A DNA stretch of 24,000 bases, from the NCBI GenBank assembly GCA_017472255.1, contig JAFUQU010000041.1:154-24153 (forward strand), written 5' to 3'. A program made the translations under genes and the position numbers. The stretch is from Clostridia bacterium. Its GTDB lineage: Bacteria > Bacillota > Clostridia > Oscillospirales > CAG-272. The notes beneath the pieces were generated by a model. It made no database searches and was not told the DNA's origin. It worked only from the letters and a program-made list of their open reading frames with translations. Shown here piece by piece: positions 23,669-24,000 of this stretch (positions are counted from its first letter, which is position 1; each line of letters opens with the position of its first letter).

Positions 23669-24000
23669 ATGAAAAGAATAATTGCTGAACTTCTCACAAT
23701 TATCACCGTATTATTTTCATGTGGATGCAGCAACAATAAGGCGATCTTGGATAATGATACGGTTGATGCAGACAAGACAGCTGAGGTGAAAGTGATTCAG
23801 GTAAAAGCGCAGTTTGGCGATCCAAAGTCGTTCAACGCTGTTTACGGTTTCTGCGACCAGATGGTTATGGCTCGCGTCAAATCGGTCGGTGAGAGCTATA
23901 TTCTGGGCGGAGAGCTGGATACAACTGGCGATGAGGCGTCTATTGCTCAGCAGATGATTGGTATCCGCACCCCGTATGAAATTGAAATTGTCAATGTTTA
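23669..24000 (+). CDS. lipoprotein, truncated by window end
   Basis: MKRIIAELLTIITVLFSCGCSNNKAILDNDTVDADKTAEVKVIQVKAQFGDPKSFNAVYGFCDQMVMARVKSVGESYI...; no stop before 24000. Confidence 0.75.
   Translation, partial: MKRIIAELLTIITVLFSCGCSNNKAILDNDTVDADKTAEVKVIQVKAQFGDPKSFNAVYGFCDQMVMARVKSVGESYILGGELDTTGDEASIAQQMIGIRTPYEIEIVNV

Overview
The window looks like a moderately GC-rich clostridial (Oscillospiraceae-like) chromosome carrying a compact phage-derived block. Left edge: tRNA-Leu(GAG) and a PpiC/PrsA-like lipoprotein. From about 1.37 to 8.57 kb there is a tailed-phage packaging/head module: TerS, TerL, coat, a short adaptor-like protein, a 566-aa protein like the podovirus P22 gp10 stabilisation protein, an unannotated 43-aa membrane peptide, and portal. 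The portal sits last, and no integrase, replication, scaffold, tail-fibre or regulator gene is visible. A ~625-bp foldback (inverted repeat) sits exactly between terS and terL. Downstream is an AT-rich segment (~8.57-9.83 kb) with a 49-aa CxxC peptide, a GH24-like lysozyme and a lipoprotein that appears chimeric with GC-rich sequence. Then follow split transketolase, a decayed Rpn/PD-(D/E)XK gene, an orphan corrinoid protein and a possible BECR-fold (PBECR4-like) nuclease. That nuclease ORF sits behind a consensus promoter, a structured leader and a terminator-like hairpin, an arrangement resembling type III toxin-antitoxin loci or an attenuator. Next are a BlaR1/BlaI pair with a near-ideal promoter/operator and an 18-bp tandem repeat inside the BlaI DNA-binding domain, a polysaccharide deacetylase, SpoVT, an MFS transporter and an AT-rich secreted metalloprotease/lipoprotein pair. 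The strongest candidates for follow-up are the minimal head module with its foldback, and the leader-RNA/nuclease locus at 13.67-14.48 kb. All family calls come from reading motifs; no database search was run.
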